Assembly (NCBI GenBank): GCA_965223295.1
Contig: CBDCWC010000003.1
Span: 1,248,001-1,312,000 of the forward strand
Direction of reading: 5' to 3'
From: Nitrospirales bacterium
GTDB lineage: Bacteria; Nitrospirota; Nitrospiria; Nitrospirales; UBA8639
DNA: 64,000 nucleotides
Part shown: positions 30,427-40,710 of the stretch, piece after piece
Layout: each line of letters opens with the position of its first letter
How positions within the stretch are numbered: the first letter of the stretch is position 1
Made by a program: the position numbers and the translations under genes
Notes under the pieces: model-generated
What the model was told of the DNA's origin: nothing
Seen by the model: the letters and a program-made list of their open reading frames with translations, nothing else
Databases searched by the model: none

Positions 30427-31050
30427 TCAGGATTTCCCCCATAACTGTTCGAGTCGTTTTGCGCGGCCGCAGTTCCATTTATAATACTTGTAACGGATAG
30501 GATTTTTACTATAAAAATCTTGATGATACTCTTCCGCGCTATAAAATGCTGAAGCAGGAGAAATTTCGGTTACAATGGGTTCCGGAAAGGTCTTGGAGCG
30601 TTCAATGATTTGTTTAGATTGATCAATCAAACGTTTTTGGTTTTCATCATGATAGAAAATTGCGGTACGATATTGGTTGCCGTGATCACAAAATTGTGCA
30701 TTGGGTGTCGTGGGGTCCACATTTTTCCAAAAGACGGCGAGCAGTTCTTCATATGTGACTTTATCGGGATCATAGATAAGTTCGATTGATTCCGTATGGC
30801 CGGTTCTCCCGGCAGAAACTTGTTCATACGTCGGATTTTCCACTTGCCCACCCGTATACCCAGAGACAACGGAAATCACTCCATCGACTTTTTCAAACAC
30901 TTCTTCCATGCACCAAAAACATCCTCCAGCAAACGTGGCCTTGGCTTCCTGAGAGTCAGGAGTATTAGCCCTTGCCTCCGAAGATTCAATAACATTGCTT
31001 GTGAACAATAGAGCGACCCCCAAACAGACCATAATCTGTATCTTCCTCAT
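30427..31050 (-). CDS. msrA: peptide-methionine (S)-S-oxide reductase, exported
   Basis: AGGCFWCME, GYTGG, AEEYHQDFY; N-terminal signal peptide. Confidence 0.95.
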   Translation of the reverse strand: MRKIQIMVCLGVALLFTSNVIESSEARANTPDSQEAKATFAGGCFWCMEEVFEKVDGVISVVSGYTGGQVENPTYEQVSAGRTGHTESIELIYDPDKVTYEELLAVFWKNVDPTTPNAQFCDHGNQYRTAIFYHDENQKRLIDQSKQIIERSKTFPEPIVTEISPASAFYSAEEYHQDFYSKNPIRYKYYKWNCGRAKRLEQLWGKS

Positions 31051-31468
31051 TGATCTCCCCCAATGTTTCCTTTAAGTTTTTAGTCTTAGAAAGTACATCC
31101 TTTTCTCTAGACTACCAATAAAACGCCTTATACTGCAGTATTGAAAGTCTGAAAAATATTACGGATGCCCACTTGAATTCAAATAAAAAGGAAAGGACAA
31201 TCCGCGAAATGTTCTCGGTTGGTAAGGCAAACGAATATTTTCAGAAAACAGAAACTTTCATTTCTAGTCATATGCGTGAATGTTGCAAAAACAATACAGG
31301 TGATCGGTTCGCTGTGTCATTGTTGAAAGCATTCCTGCCTTTTACAACACCATATGGATAAAACACTATTCTTGAATTGAAGGAAAGGTTCCTTCAAAAA
31401 CAATATGTTGCGTTTCTAATGGGAAGGCAAACCAAACCCAAGTAGGTAAAAATTTCACCTTCTAAAGG

Positions 31469-31484
31469 TGGCATTCCTGTTGCT
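31469..31484 (+). promoter_or_regulatory. sigma54 -24/-12 promoter
   Basis: TGGCATTCCTGTTGCT, ~60 bp upstream of ATG 31547. Confidence 0.65.
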
Positions 31485-31546
31485 TATGGGTCAAAGCGGG
31501 AAGAAAAAAACTTTATAGTTGTCATTCACAATTGGAGAGACAGGCC

Positions 31547-32944
31547 ATGGTGCGGACTGCTTTCTCTCTCTGTATGGGACTATGCTTGGTCCCCATCTTG
31601 ACTACTGCCGTTTTGGCCCAAGATGTGAAATCTCTTGCAATCCGGCTTGGACTCAAGACCACCAACTCGGTGGTTTGCCAAGCAGGAAATACTTTGGTGC
31701 GTCTCTCGCCGAGATTTCCCTTTCAGAAGCTCCAATGCGCCAGTTTTGGAAAGCCTTCGCAGTCTAAAAGATTCAATTTTTCCCGGAAGCACGAAGCGTT
31801 TTCTCTTCAGAATATTCGGAATATGTCATCTTGGGGTCTTCAGGGTGGGAGCCGATTGTTTCAAGCTGCCAATACGATTCCACTTCTCTCAGATGCTTTG
31901 TCCGCTGGAATTGAGATGGTATATCGCGATCCGTTTTTGATGAGTTATTCCAATCATTCACGAATGAACCAAATGGGAGCTCACATGTTTCTGAAAGGCT
32001 CGATGAAAAAGATGAAATATCGAGCAGAGTATGGTTATTCGGGACAGAATATGGGAAATGCCTCATCGCTAGCGCCCAATGATCACGTCGGGGGAAAATT
32101 CTTTTGGGAATGGCAGCTTCCTTTGGTGACGCCCAAGGTGGAGCTGAGCCGATTTACAAGCAATGTAGATCACGACCCAACTCGTCATCAAACGATTTCT
32201 ACAAGGCAATTCTATTCCCTGGATTGGACTATCCCTGATTGGCCGAGTGTGACTCTAAGCTATAGTCGGGAACAGAAAAGTATTTTTAGTCGTTCAGCAG
32301 GGGCTCGTTCAGATGCCACTTTTACGAAACGTGTGATGGGAAAGATTGGATTCGAACTTCCACGTGGAAAGGGAGTGTGGACATCACGCTATACAACTTT
32401 CCAGAATGACATTCACAATCAGGGAACGTTGCAGGAGCTTCATTCAAGATTGAAGGGAATCTTTTCACTTGTCACACCTGTTGATATCACCCCAATCATA
32501 GGATTTACCCAACATACCAATAGCAAACAGGGGTTTTCTCAAGAGCGTCTCTTCGCGAACTTGGGGACGGTTGTTCGCTTTTCAACCCATCAGTCGCTGC
32601 GCCCCAGCTTTCAATGGACTCGTCTCGATAATCGGAGTCACACATCAACATCCAATACAGTCCTTCTGAAAATGCGATATTCATATAGGCCACCACAACC
32701 TGGGTTCCAGGTCTCGATCCGGGGTCATTATGTTCTTGCACAAGAATCCTATTCCCAGCAACAGACTCAAGCCTATGAAATGTCACTGTTTGTGAAAAAG
32801 GATATCCGTGATCTGCTGAATCTTCCGCATCAGCAGCAGTATATCAGTCTTAAGCTTGCTCACAATCAACAGGTCAATCCCTTGCCTTCACAGCCGCAGC
32901 AAACGAGTTCAACGGCGATGTTGCTGTTGAATATCATGTCTTAA
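31547..32944 (+). CDS. exported hypothetical protein, possible outer-membrane beta-barrel
   Basis: Signal peptide, GGAG RBS, many amphipathic beta-strand-like segments rich in aromatic/Ser/Thr residues. Confidence 0.6.
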   Translation: MVRTAFSLCMGLCLVPILTTAVLAQDVKSLAIRLGLKTTNSVVCQAGNTLVRLSPRFPFQKLQCASFGKPSQSKRFNFSRKHEAFSLQNIRNMSSWGLQGGSRLFQAANTIPLLSDALSAGIEMVYRDPFLMSYSNHSRMNQMGAHMFLKGSMKKMKYRAEYGYSGQNMGNASSLAPNDHVGGKFFWEWQLPLVTPKVELSRFTSNVDHDPTRHQTISTRQFYSLDWTIPDWPSVTLSYSREQKSIFSRSAGARSDATFTKRVMGKIGFELPRGKGVWTSRYTTFQNDIHNQGTLQELHSRLKGIFSLVTPVDITPIIGFTQHTNSKQGFSQERLFANLGTVVRFSTHQSLRPSFQWTRLDNRSHTSTSNTVLLKMRYSYRPPQPGFQVSIRGHYVLAQESYSQQQTQAYEMSLFVKKDIRDLLNLPHQQQYISLKLAHNQQVNPLPSQPQQTSSTAMLLLNIMS

Positions 32945-33060
32945 AGCCCCCTCCTGCGGTTTTTCGATTAACAGGGGACAGGAGTTGCATAATGTTTTTT
33001 CTCTTTTGAGTTGTTGAAAAATCTCTCTGTGCATCAGGTGTCTCTGTTTGCATACCAACA

Positions 33061-33465
33061 TTACAACTTGTCGCGTAATCCTCGTAACACAATATCGCGA
33101 TAACTTACTACACCAATCAGAGAACGATTTTCGATCACCGGTGCCAGGGTCAGGCCAAACCGTTCGAACAAGCGGGCACAATAGCGAATATCCATATCTG
33201 GATCGACTGAAACGACGGGTTTACTCATGATCTCATATACATTGACACGATCGGCCGCTTTATCAGCTCCTAACACTTTCTTGGCAATATCAGCTAAGAG
33301 CACGATCCCATATTCATCATTTTCGTTCCGCCGTTCAACGAGCAGACATTCTGTGTCTAAATGTTGGGCTTGTCGAAGGGCATCCGCCACGGTTTCAATG
33401 CCGTGAATGAGATCAAACTGAGTCTTCATGACATCTTTGACTCGGACTAGTTCAGTGTGTTTCAT
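33061..33465 (-). CDS. CBS-pair domain protein
   Basis: VKDVMK, YGIV..DI, IMSKPV...PV..GVVS. Confidence 0.88.
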   Translation of the reverse strand: MKHTELVRVKDVMKTQFDLIHGIETVADALRQAQHLDTECLLVERRNENDEYGIVLLADIAKKVLGADKAADRVNVYEIMSKPVVSVDPDMDIRYCARLFERFGLTLAPVIENRSLIGVVSYRDIVLRGLRDKL

Positions 33466-33812
33466 AGCTCTTCCTCCACTACATCTTTGAGTTTTGCCAT
33501 TTGATGGGCCACTCCTACGGCATCTTCGACATCTATTTGAAACGCGATGCCAGTTCCCGGTTTGGCATCAAATTCTCCGACCCCCGCAATCGATTCCAGA
33601 ATTTCCCGCGACAAATGTTCTTCCACCAAGAAGAGAACCACATCCCGTTGGGCTTCCAGGTTGAGTCCAAAAAAAGTTTTTCGGACCTCTACTCCTTCGC
33701 CATGTGCGCTGGTGATCACAGTTTCTCCAGTCGCGCCCTTTTCCCGTGCTGCATGCACGACGGCCTTGGTCTTATCGCCTTGGATAAATGCGCAGATCAA
33801 TTTAAAATGCAT
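33462..33812 (-). CDS. P-II family regulator (non-canonical)
   Basis: FKLI, GATG.TV..AHGEG, PGTGIAFQIDVE.AVG PII-like motifs. Confidence 0.85.
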   Translation of the reverse strand: MHFKLICAFIQGDKTKAVVHAAREKGATGETVITSAHGEGVEVRKTFFGLNLEAQRDVVLFLVEEHLSREILESIAGVGEFDAKPGTGIAFQIDVEDAVGVAHQMAKLKDVVEEEL

Positions 33813-33835
33813 AACAGAGCTCCCGGCAAAAATGT

Positions 33836-34600
33836 CTAAGGTTTGGCCCACCAAGCAGAGATTTGTGCGTAGGCCATGACGGCAATAATCGGAAACAGAC
33901 TCGCAAATGCAATAAGTCCAAATCCATCAAATACTGGGTTACGTCCTGGCACAGTACTAGCTAACCCCAGTCCTAAAGCGGCCACCAAAGGAACGGTGAC
34001 GGTGGAAGTGGTGACCCCCCCAGAATCATAAGCCAAAGGAATAATCATTCGAGGAGCAAACACAGTTTGTACGAGAACGACTACATACCCAGCAATGATG
34101 TACCAATGCAAAGGAGTCCCAGTGATGATGCGATAGGTACCCAACATGATTCCTAGTGCGACACCAATGGCTACGGCTATGCGCAAGCCCCAGATCCCGA
34201 TGGCTCCACCGGAAACTTGGTTCGCCTTCATCGCAACGGCAAGTAATGACGGCTCAGCAATTGTCGTAGAAAACCCGATAGCTAACGCAAAGGCATAGAC
34301 CCAATAGTAAGCGCTCCAATCAATGTCGTTCACAACTTCTTCGGCATGCTGGGTACCCGTTAAGAATTCAGGTGCCGTTAATTGCTGTGCCATAAGTTTT
34401 CCAATAGGGAATAAGGCCATCTCCAGTCCTTGGATGAAAAACACGAGTCCTATTAAGACGTACATAAAACCAAACAGGACCCGTTCTAAATTGGGGATAG
34501 GCCGACGCAGTACAATGACTTGAAAAAAAAGAATGATCAATGCGATTGGGAGCACATCGGCGACTGTTGCCCCTAATGTCTGAAGAAGGTTCTCTTGCAT
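33836..34600 (-). CDS. DUF1538 membrane protein
   Basis: [40 protein letters not shown]. Confidence 0.88.
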   Translation of the reverse strand: MQENLLQTLGATVADVLPIALIILFFQVIVLRRPIPNLERVLFGFMYVLIGLVFFIQGLEMALFPIGKLMAQQLTAPEFLTGTQHAEEVVNDIDWSAYYWVYAFALAIGFSTTIAEPSLLAVAMKANQVSGGAIGIWGLRIAVAIGVALGIMLGTYRIITGTPLHWYIIAGYVVVLVQTVFAPRMIIPLAYDSGGVTTSTVTVPLVAALGLGLASTVPGRNPVFDGFGLIAFASLFPIIAVMAYAQISAWWAKP

Positions 34601-34603
34601 ATC

Positions 34604-35329
34604 TTATCCCATCATCCCGTAGGCCATCACAAAGATCATAGGGGTTAATGACGCAAAAGCAATTAATCCAAATCCGTCAATCATCGGATTTCGTCCGTGA
34701 ATGGAAGAGGCCAACCCCACCCCGAGGGCTGTAACAAGCGGCACTGTCACAGTGGAGGTCGTCACTCCACCTGAATCATAGGCAATTCCAATTATTTCGG
34801 GAGGCGCAAAGACAGTCATAATCATAACACCTAGATATCCACCAATGATTAAATATTGCACAGGCCATCCACGAACAATTCGTAAAACGCCTATCACGAT
34901 GGCAAAACCCACCGATAGTGCCACAGTCAAACGCAAACCAAAGGCATAATTCGCGCGAGCTTGGTTTGTTCTTTCGATCACGTGTCCTTCTGCTGCAATA
35001 TGGGCTGCTTCTTTGGCCACTGCAATTAAGGCGGGTTCTGCAACTGTCGTCCCAAACCCCAGTGCGAACGCAAAAAGCAATAACCAGGTTAAACTGCCTT
35101 TTCTGGCAAAGGCATAGGCCAATGTTTCCCCCAGAGGGAATAATCCCATTTCTAACCCATGAACGAAGAGAGTGAGTCCAATGAGGACAAATAGTGACCC
35201 TGTCAGAATTTCGAATACATTAGGGATAGGTTGTTGTAAAACGACAAATTGAAAAAACCCAATCACTACAACAATAGGCAGAAGATCGAAAAAGGCACCT
35301 TTCAGCGTTTTCAAAAGAATAGACGGCAT
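34604..35329 (-). CDS. DUF1538 membrane protein (paralog)
   Basis: [40 protein letters not shown]. Confidence 0.88.
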   Translation of the reverse strand: MPSILLKTLKGAFFDLLPIVVVIGFFQFVVLQQPIPNVFEILTGSLFVLIGLTLFVHGLEMGLFPLGETLAYAFARKGSLTWLLLFAFALGFGTTVAEPALIAVAKEAAHIAAEGHVIERTNQARANYAFGLRLTVALSVGFAIVIGVLRIVRGWPVQYLIIGGYLGVMIMTVFAPPEIIGIAYDSGGVTTSTVTVPLVTALGVGLASSIHGRNPMIDGFGLIAFASLTPMIFVMAYGMMG

Positions 35330-35473
35330 CAAATAGGTATTTAGATTGGAATGGAGTCAATTACGACAGACAGACCAAAAATAGCAAGGAAAAATCCTAA
35401 AGACAAAAACGATGACCGATAGAGAAGTATTGAAGCGACAACAAAGGAAAGATGACGAACAGCAATCCAGGAT

Positions 35474-36097
35474 CTAGGCCCTTTTGTCCTGAAACAACCA
35501 GGGTGCTTCTTGGCTTCGCCGTAACTCATACGCAGAAATGGCCGCTTCTCGTTGGAGCGTCAGGCCAATTCCATCTAACCCTTTCATCATGCAATCCTTA
35601 CGGAAGGAATCTACCGTGAATGCATAGCGTTCTCCCTCAGGGAGCAGCACCACTTGTTGAGGCAAGTCTACTGTCACTTGATAGCGCTCATGGGTCCCTG
35701 TTCGATCGAAAAGGGTTTGAATATCTGGTGGAGATAAAACCACAGGAAGGATGCCATTTTGGAAGCAATTATTATAAAAAATATCGGCAAAGCTGGGCGC
35801 TAGAATACATCGAATGCCATAGTCTAATAAAGCCCAAGGGGCATGTTCTCGTGAAGATCCACAACCAAAATTATCTCGAGTGAGTAGGATTGACGCATCT
35901 TGATATCTTAGTTGATTGGAGAAAAAGTCTGGATCGGGCGATCCATCGGGCTGTTGCCGCCAATCTGCAAAGAGCCCTTCTTTCAGCCCCGTCCGGTGAA
36001 TCGTCTTCAAATATTGTTTTGGAATAATTTGATCCGTATCGACATCACTTCGATTTAAGGGAGCAATGGTCCCCGTCAGGGTTGTAAAAGCTTGCAT
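35474..36097 (-). CDS. leuD: 3-isopropylmalate dehydratase small subunit
   Basis: DTDQIIPK, NFGCGSSREHAPWAL, SFADIFYNN. Confidence 0.96.
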   Translation of the reverse strand: MQAFTTLTGTIAPLNRSDVDTDQIIPKQYLKTIHRTGLKEGLFADWRQQPDGSPDPDFFSNQLRYQDASILLTRDNFGCGSSREHAPWALLDYGIRCILAPSFADIFYNNCFQNGILPVVLSPPDIQTLFDRTGTHERYQVTVDLPQQVVLLPEGERYAFTVDSFRKDCMMKGLDGIGLTLQREAAISAYELRRSQEAPWLFQDKRA

Positions 36098-36174
36098 GGG
36101 TTCTCCAAATTTCTCATTAAGCGAATAGTGAGAGACACAAAAGTAGTCGCCTGACTACCTCAGATATTTACATG

Positions 36175-37575
36175 TTACCAGTCACGAATATCCACAAAAT
36201 GGCCCTTTACGGCTGCTGCGACGGCCATTGCAGGTGAAACTAAATGGGTGCGCCCCCCTTTGCCCTGGCGTCCTTCAAAATTTCGATTACTCGTTGACGC
36301 ACAACGTTCGCCCGGCGTCAGCACATCAGCATTCATCGCCAAGCACATGCTGCAGCCAGGCTCTCGCCACTCAAACCCTGCAGCCCGGAAAACCTGATCG
36401 AGCCCTTCTTCTTCGGCTTGTTGCTTCACCAAACCCGATCCAGGCACCACTATGGCTTTGACGCTAGAAGCCACCCGCCTGCCTTCGGCATACTTGGCGG
36501 CCACGCGCAAATCTTCAATTCTTGAGTTGGTGCACGACCCAATAAATACTCGGTCAACGCGGATGTCACTGATGGGAATTCCAGCAGGAAGCCCCATGTA
36601 TTCTAAGGCGCGTTCAGTGGCTAGCCGAAGCTTATCATCATGGATGGATGTTGGATCGGGAACTGTACCATTGACTTCGGTAACCATCCCAGGGTTAGTG
36701 CCCCAGGTAACCTGAGGCGGGATATCCTCACCTCGCAAGTCCACGACGTGATCAAATTGGGCTCCCGGATCTGTCCGTAGCTTCAACCAATCCTGTTTGG
36801 CCTGTTCGAATAGCTCTCCTTGGGGACAGAGAGGCCGCCCTGCGACATATTTCATTGTTTTTTCATCGGGACCTACTAATCCAGCTCGTGCTCCACCCTC
36901 AATAGACATATTGCAGAGCGTCATGCGGCCTTCCATGGAGAGTGCCCGGATGACCGAACCAGTATATTCCACCACATGGCCAATTCCTCCGCCAATTCCA
37001 ATGTGTCCAATGATGGCAAGTATCACATCTTTGGATGAACAATAATCGGGAAGAACGCCTTCCACTCGAATTTCCATGGTTTTCGGACGTTTCTGAACCA
37101 GGCATTGTGTCGCCAAAACATGTTCCACTTCGGAGGTTCCGATACCAAAAGCCAACGCTCCAAAGGCTCCATGGGTTGAAGTATGAGAATCACCACAGAC
37201 AATTGTCATCCCCGGTAGGGTGAATCCCTGTTCTGGTCCAATGACATGAACAATACCTTGTCGAATGTCCTGCATGCCATAATAGCGAATCCCAAAATCA
37301 GAGCAATTTTTCTCTAATGTCGCTATTTGCAATGCACTCATAGGATCGGCGATTCCTTGTGTCCGATCAGTAGTCGGAACATTATGATCCGGCACAGCAA
37401 GTACGGCCTGAGGTCGTCGTGGCTCACGACCTGCTAGCCGAAGGCCTTCAAAGGCCTGAGGGGATGTCACTTCATGCACCAAATGCCGATCGATATAAAG
37501 CAGCGTGGTCCCGTCCGGCTCTTCATGAACCACATGCTGATCCCAAATTTTTTGAAATAAAGTTTGACGTCCCAT
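36175..37575 (-). CDS. leuC: 3-isopropylmalate dehydratase large subunit
   Basis: [43 protein letters not shown]; start at MGRQT. Confidence 0.96.
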   Translation of the reverse strand: MGRQTLFQKIWDQHVVHEEPDGTTLLYIDRHLVHEVTSPQAFEGLRLAGREPRRPQAVLAVPDHNVPTTDRTQGIADPMSALQIATLEKNCSDFGIRYYGMQDIRQGIVHVIGPEQGFTLPGMTIVCGDSHTSTHGAFGALAFGIGTSEVEHVLATQCLVQKRPKTMEIRVEGVLPDYCSSKDVILAIIGHIGIGGGIGHVVEYTGSVIRALSMEGRMTLCNMSIEGGARAGLVGPDEKTMKYVAGRPLCPQGELFEQAKQDWLKLRTDPGAQFDHVVDLRGEDIPPQVTWGTNPGMVTEVNGTVPDPTSIHDDKLRLATERALEYMGLPAGIPISDIRVDRVFIGSCTNSRIEDLRVAAKYAEGRRVASSVKAIVVPGSGLVKQQAEEEGLDQVFRAAGFEWREPGCSMCLAMNADVLTPGERCASTSNRNFEGRQGKGGRTHLVSPAMAVAAAVKGHFVDIRDW

Positions 37576-37800
37576 TATATTCTTCCTCTCTTCAGAATAG
37601 ATGCAGTAGTATGTATCGTCTTTATCTTCCAACTGGCAAGAGCCATCATCATATTTGTCATACTTCTCCCTGACTCTCATTCCTCTTTGTGGTCTTTTGA
37701 GTCTTCTGATATACTGGACCTCTAACGCTTCGCGAGTGTCCACCACACGGTTTTAGTTGGCAAAAAAAGCCATACTGCCCATTCAATCGAAAGCGACGGC

Positions 37801-37917
37801 TCGTCTCATCCTACCCCTGAACCAATTCTATGGTTTTCTGCCCAGGTGTGAAACAACGACGGTACGTCGGCGAAGGCCATGACGTTCAGATATTTCCAGA
37901 GAAGAGTAGGGTGACGA
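37801..37917 (+). ncRNA. candidate structured RNA (long irregular rod) between leuC and mreB
   Basis: Nested helices TCGTC/GACGA, ATCCTAC/GTAGGGT, CTGAAC/GTTCAG, ATGGTTTTC/GAAGGCCAT, GCC/GGC, GACG/CGTC. Confidence 0.35.
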
Positions 37918-38004
37918 TTTGCCATAAATGCCTGCCTAGCTCAGCAACAATGTCTTTATCTTGCACAATCGGGTTAAGCAAAGACTTCTAAATAACGTTC
38001 AAGC

Positions 38005-39042
38005 ATGTTGAATCTTCTCCGTCGATACTTGTCCCACGATATCGCAATCGACCTCGGCACAGCCTCGACCCTCATTTTTATTAAGGGACAAGGTATCGTT
38101 CTGAATGAACCGTCCGTCGTGACGATTGAGGCGCATTCTAAGAAAATTTTAGCAGTTGGGGAAGAGGCCAAAAAAATGGTTGGGCGGACTCCGGGAAATC
38201 TGACCTCTATCCGTCCCATGCGGGAAGGCGTCATCGCCGATTTCGATATGGCCGAACAGATGCTCCGATATTTTATTCAGAAAATTCACCCAAAAGGCAC
38301 GCTTCTTCGTCCTCGTATTATCATTGGAGTTCCGTCACGCATTACCCAAGTCGAACAACGGGCAGTCAAAGAATCGGCTGAACTGGCGGGAGCTCGAGAA
38401 GTGTACCTAATCCAAGAGCCGGTGGCCGCAGCTATTGGGGCCGGACTTCCTATTACGGAGCCTTCAGGAAATATGGTCGTTGATATTGGCGGAGGGACCA
38501 CAGATATTGCGGTGATCTCTCTAGGCGGCATTGTCTACAGTGAATCAGTGCGTATCGCAGGCGACCAAATCGATGGGGCGATCATGAGTCATTTGAAACG
38601 CGAATATAGCTTGTTGATTGGTGACCATATGGCGGAACGAATAAAAATTGAGATTGGTTCCGCTTGTCCTCTTCCTGAGAAAAAGCAAATGGCGGTCAAA
38701 GGACGAGACCTTGTTTCCGGGATTCCTCGCACCATTTTTATTGATGACACAGAAATTCGAGAAGCCTTGCATGAATGCATTGGGACGATTGTGGGAGCCG
38801 TACGATTGGCGCTCGAACATACTCCGCCAGAATTGGCGGGAGACATCATCGATCGAGGAATTGTGCTGACCGGCGGCGGGTCGCTGCTTCAGGGGTTAGA
38901 CGAGCGGTTACGTGAAGAAACAGCTTTGCCTATCGTCACCGTCGACGATCCCTTATGCTCTGTCGTACTGGGCGTGGGAAAAACATTGGAGGAACTCAGT
39001 CTGCTACGTAAAGTTTCAACGCATTCTCTTTTGAATTCCTAA
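38005..39042 (+). CDS. mreB: rod shape-determining protein MreB
   Basis: IDLGTA, DIGGGTTD, LTGGGSLL. Confidence 0.97.
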   Translation: MLNLLRRYLSHDIAIDLGTASTLIFIKGQGIVLNEPSVVTIEAHSKKILAVGEEAKKMVGRTPGNLTSIRPMREGVIADFDMAEQMLRYFIQKIHPKGTLLRPRIIIGVPSRITQVEQRAVKESAELAGAREVYLIQEPVAAAIGAGLPITEPSGNMVVDIGGGTTDIAVISLGGIVYSESVRIAGDQIDGAIMSHLKREYSLLIGDHMAERIKIEIGSACPLPEKKQMAVKGRDLVSGIPRTIFIDDTEIREALHECIGTIVGAVRLALEHTPPELAGDIIDRGIVLTGGGSLLQGLDERLREETALPIVTVDDPLCSVVLGVGKTLEELSLLRKVSTHSLLNS

Positions 39043-39047
39043 AGAGC

Positions 39048-39956
39048 GTGATCGTCATGCTTCGTTCTGAGAATAGCTCACTTCCCATTTCGAAGGGCCT
39101 CCGGCGCCTACTCGTTGGAGCTTTCATCCTCGTATTGTCTCTCCTGCTTTTTTTACCACGGCAATCACAAGAATGGTTTGGTCATGTAGGGGGGCCAATC
39201 GCCATGATTCTGGAAGTTCCTTTACAGGGTCTCGCCTCTATACAGGATTCCATTGGAGAAACCTGGGAACGTTATGTTGCCCTTCAAGAGGTATGGGAGG
39301 AAAATCAAAGTCTCAAACAACAGATTCAACAATTACAGGGGGAGCAGAATCGTCTTCGTGAACAAGCTATTCTTTTTCAGGAATTCCAAAAACTCTCAAA
39401 CTACCAAGAGACAGTTCCCATGACGACCGTACCCGCCAGAATTATCGGGCGGAATGTCTCCAATTGGTATCGAGCGATAGTTATTGATAAGGGGGCGCTG
39501 GATGGGATTCATGCGGAAATGGGAGTCATTACGCATGCAGGGGTGGTTGGGCGAGTGGTTCGGGTGAATCCAACTACTTCGATTGTTCTCTTGCTGTCCG
39601 ATCCCAATGTGGCGATTACTGGTATGGTGCAGTCCAGTAGGGACGAGGGCATTATACAAGGAACTCCACAAGGAAGTATTCAGATGAAATATCTGCCCCC
39701 GCTCTCACCGGTTCAAGTTGGGGATGTCGTTGTGACTTCAGGTCTCACCGATGACTTTCCCCGGGGCCTCCAGATTGGCCAGATTCAACAGGTCACCAAA
39801 GCCGCGACTGATCTCTTTCAATCTGGAGAGATTACCCCCATTGTTGATCTTTCAAAGCTCGAAGGGGTCTTGGTCATTACCTCGTTTCGGCCAATGATTT
39901 CTCCAGAATCTTCCTCGTCTGAAGACCCACTTCCTGTTCCTTTAAGAGTGCCATGA
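39048..39956 (+). CDS. mreC: rod shape-determining protein MreC
   Basis: TM plus coiled coil, IDKG, GDVVVTSGL..FPRGL.IG; operon position. Confidence 0.93.
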   Translation: MIVMLRSENSSLPISKGLRRLLVGAFILVLSLLLFLPRQSQEWFGHVGGPIAMILEVPLQGLASIQDSIGETWERYVALQEVWEENQSLKQQIQQLQGEQNRLREQAILFQEFQKLSNYQETVPMTTVPARIIGRNVSNWYRAIVIDKGALDGIHAEMGVITHAGVVGRVVRVNPTTSIVLLLSDPNVAITGMVQSSRDEGIIQGTPQGSIQMKYLPPLSPVQVGDVVVTSGLTDDFPRGLQIGQIQQVTKAATDLFQSGEITPIVDLSKLEGVLVITSFRPMISPESSSSEDPLPVPLRVP

Positions 39957-40450
39957 TCGTTGTTTGGCACCTGCTGCTATGCATAGGAACGGTTTTGGCT
40001 CAGGCTACACTGAGTTCCATGCTATCGGTCAACGGCATTTATCCAGATTTGTGTTTGGTAGTAGCCTGTATCGTTGGATTTCTGAGCCATGAATATAAAG
40101 GAGGGATGGTCGGACTTCTTGTGGGTCTGCTGCAGGATCTTCTAGCTCCCGGCAGTATTGGCCTCAATACCATTCTCAAAGGTTTAGCAGGAACGTTGGC
40201 TGGTGTGACAACCCATACCGTTTCCACGGTGACAGGTTCAGCAGTTCTTGTCGTCACCTTTGCGTTGTCCATGGGATGTGGATTGGCTTCCCTTATCGTG
40301 ACCTATCCAGCCCTGAATGGCTCAGAGGTCATTCAGGCCATTGTAGGGACGTTACTCCCACAGGCTTTGTATAACAGTCTTCTTGCAGTAGGAATTTTTT
40401 GGCTTATTCACAAAATTCAACGTTCATTTGGTGTGATACACTTTGCATAA
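39953..40450 (+). CDS. mreD: rod shape-determining protein MreD
   Basis: PDL, GLLQD motifs, hydrophobic; follows mreC. Confidence 0.85.
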   Translation: MIVVWHLLLCIGTVLAQATLSSMLSVNGIYPDLCLVVACIVGFLSHEYKGGMVGLLVGLLQDLLAPGSIGLNTILKGLAGTLAGVTTHTVSTVTGSAVLVVTFALSMGCGLASLIVTYPALNGSEVIQAIVGTLLPQALYNSLLAVGIFWLIHKIQRSFGVIHFA

Positions 40451-40451
40451 G

Positions 40452-40641
40452 GGGAGTGTTGAGTAATGAAGACATCAAAGGCCATATTTCGTCAGGGATC
40501 CTTTGTCGATCAACAGCGTCGGGTCGGTTCAAAAAAGTCCGTCCAGCAAGGCCGCAGCCCTTTTTGCGCGCGGAGCGTCCTGGCATGACAGAGCATGGGC
40601 AAATAGCGAGAACGCCGCTGGCGGCTTTTTTCAATAGATCT
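40452..40641 (+). mobile_element. MITE-like repeat, copy 3 (190 bp, more diverged)
   Basis: GGGAGTGTTGAGTAA...TTTTTTCAATAGATCT; flanks ATAAG/TTAAG; between mreD and mrdA. Confidence 0.8.
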
Positions 40642-40710
40642 TTAAGGATATCTTGAACGGACATCATCGTGTGACAACATTCTCCAACATCCCGAAGTAT
40701 CCATATCTTC

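Noticed and set aside
37576-37746. N-terminal extension of LeuC, or a classical leucine attenuator
   Set aside because: LeuC homology starts at MGRQT; no tandem Leu codons with a terminator/antiterminator were found
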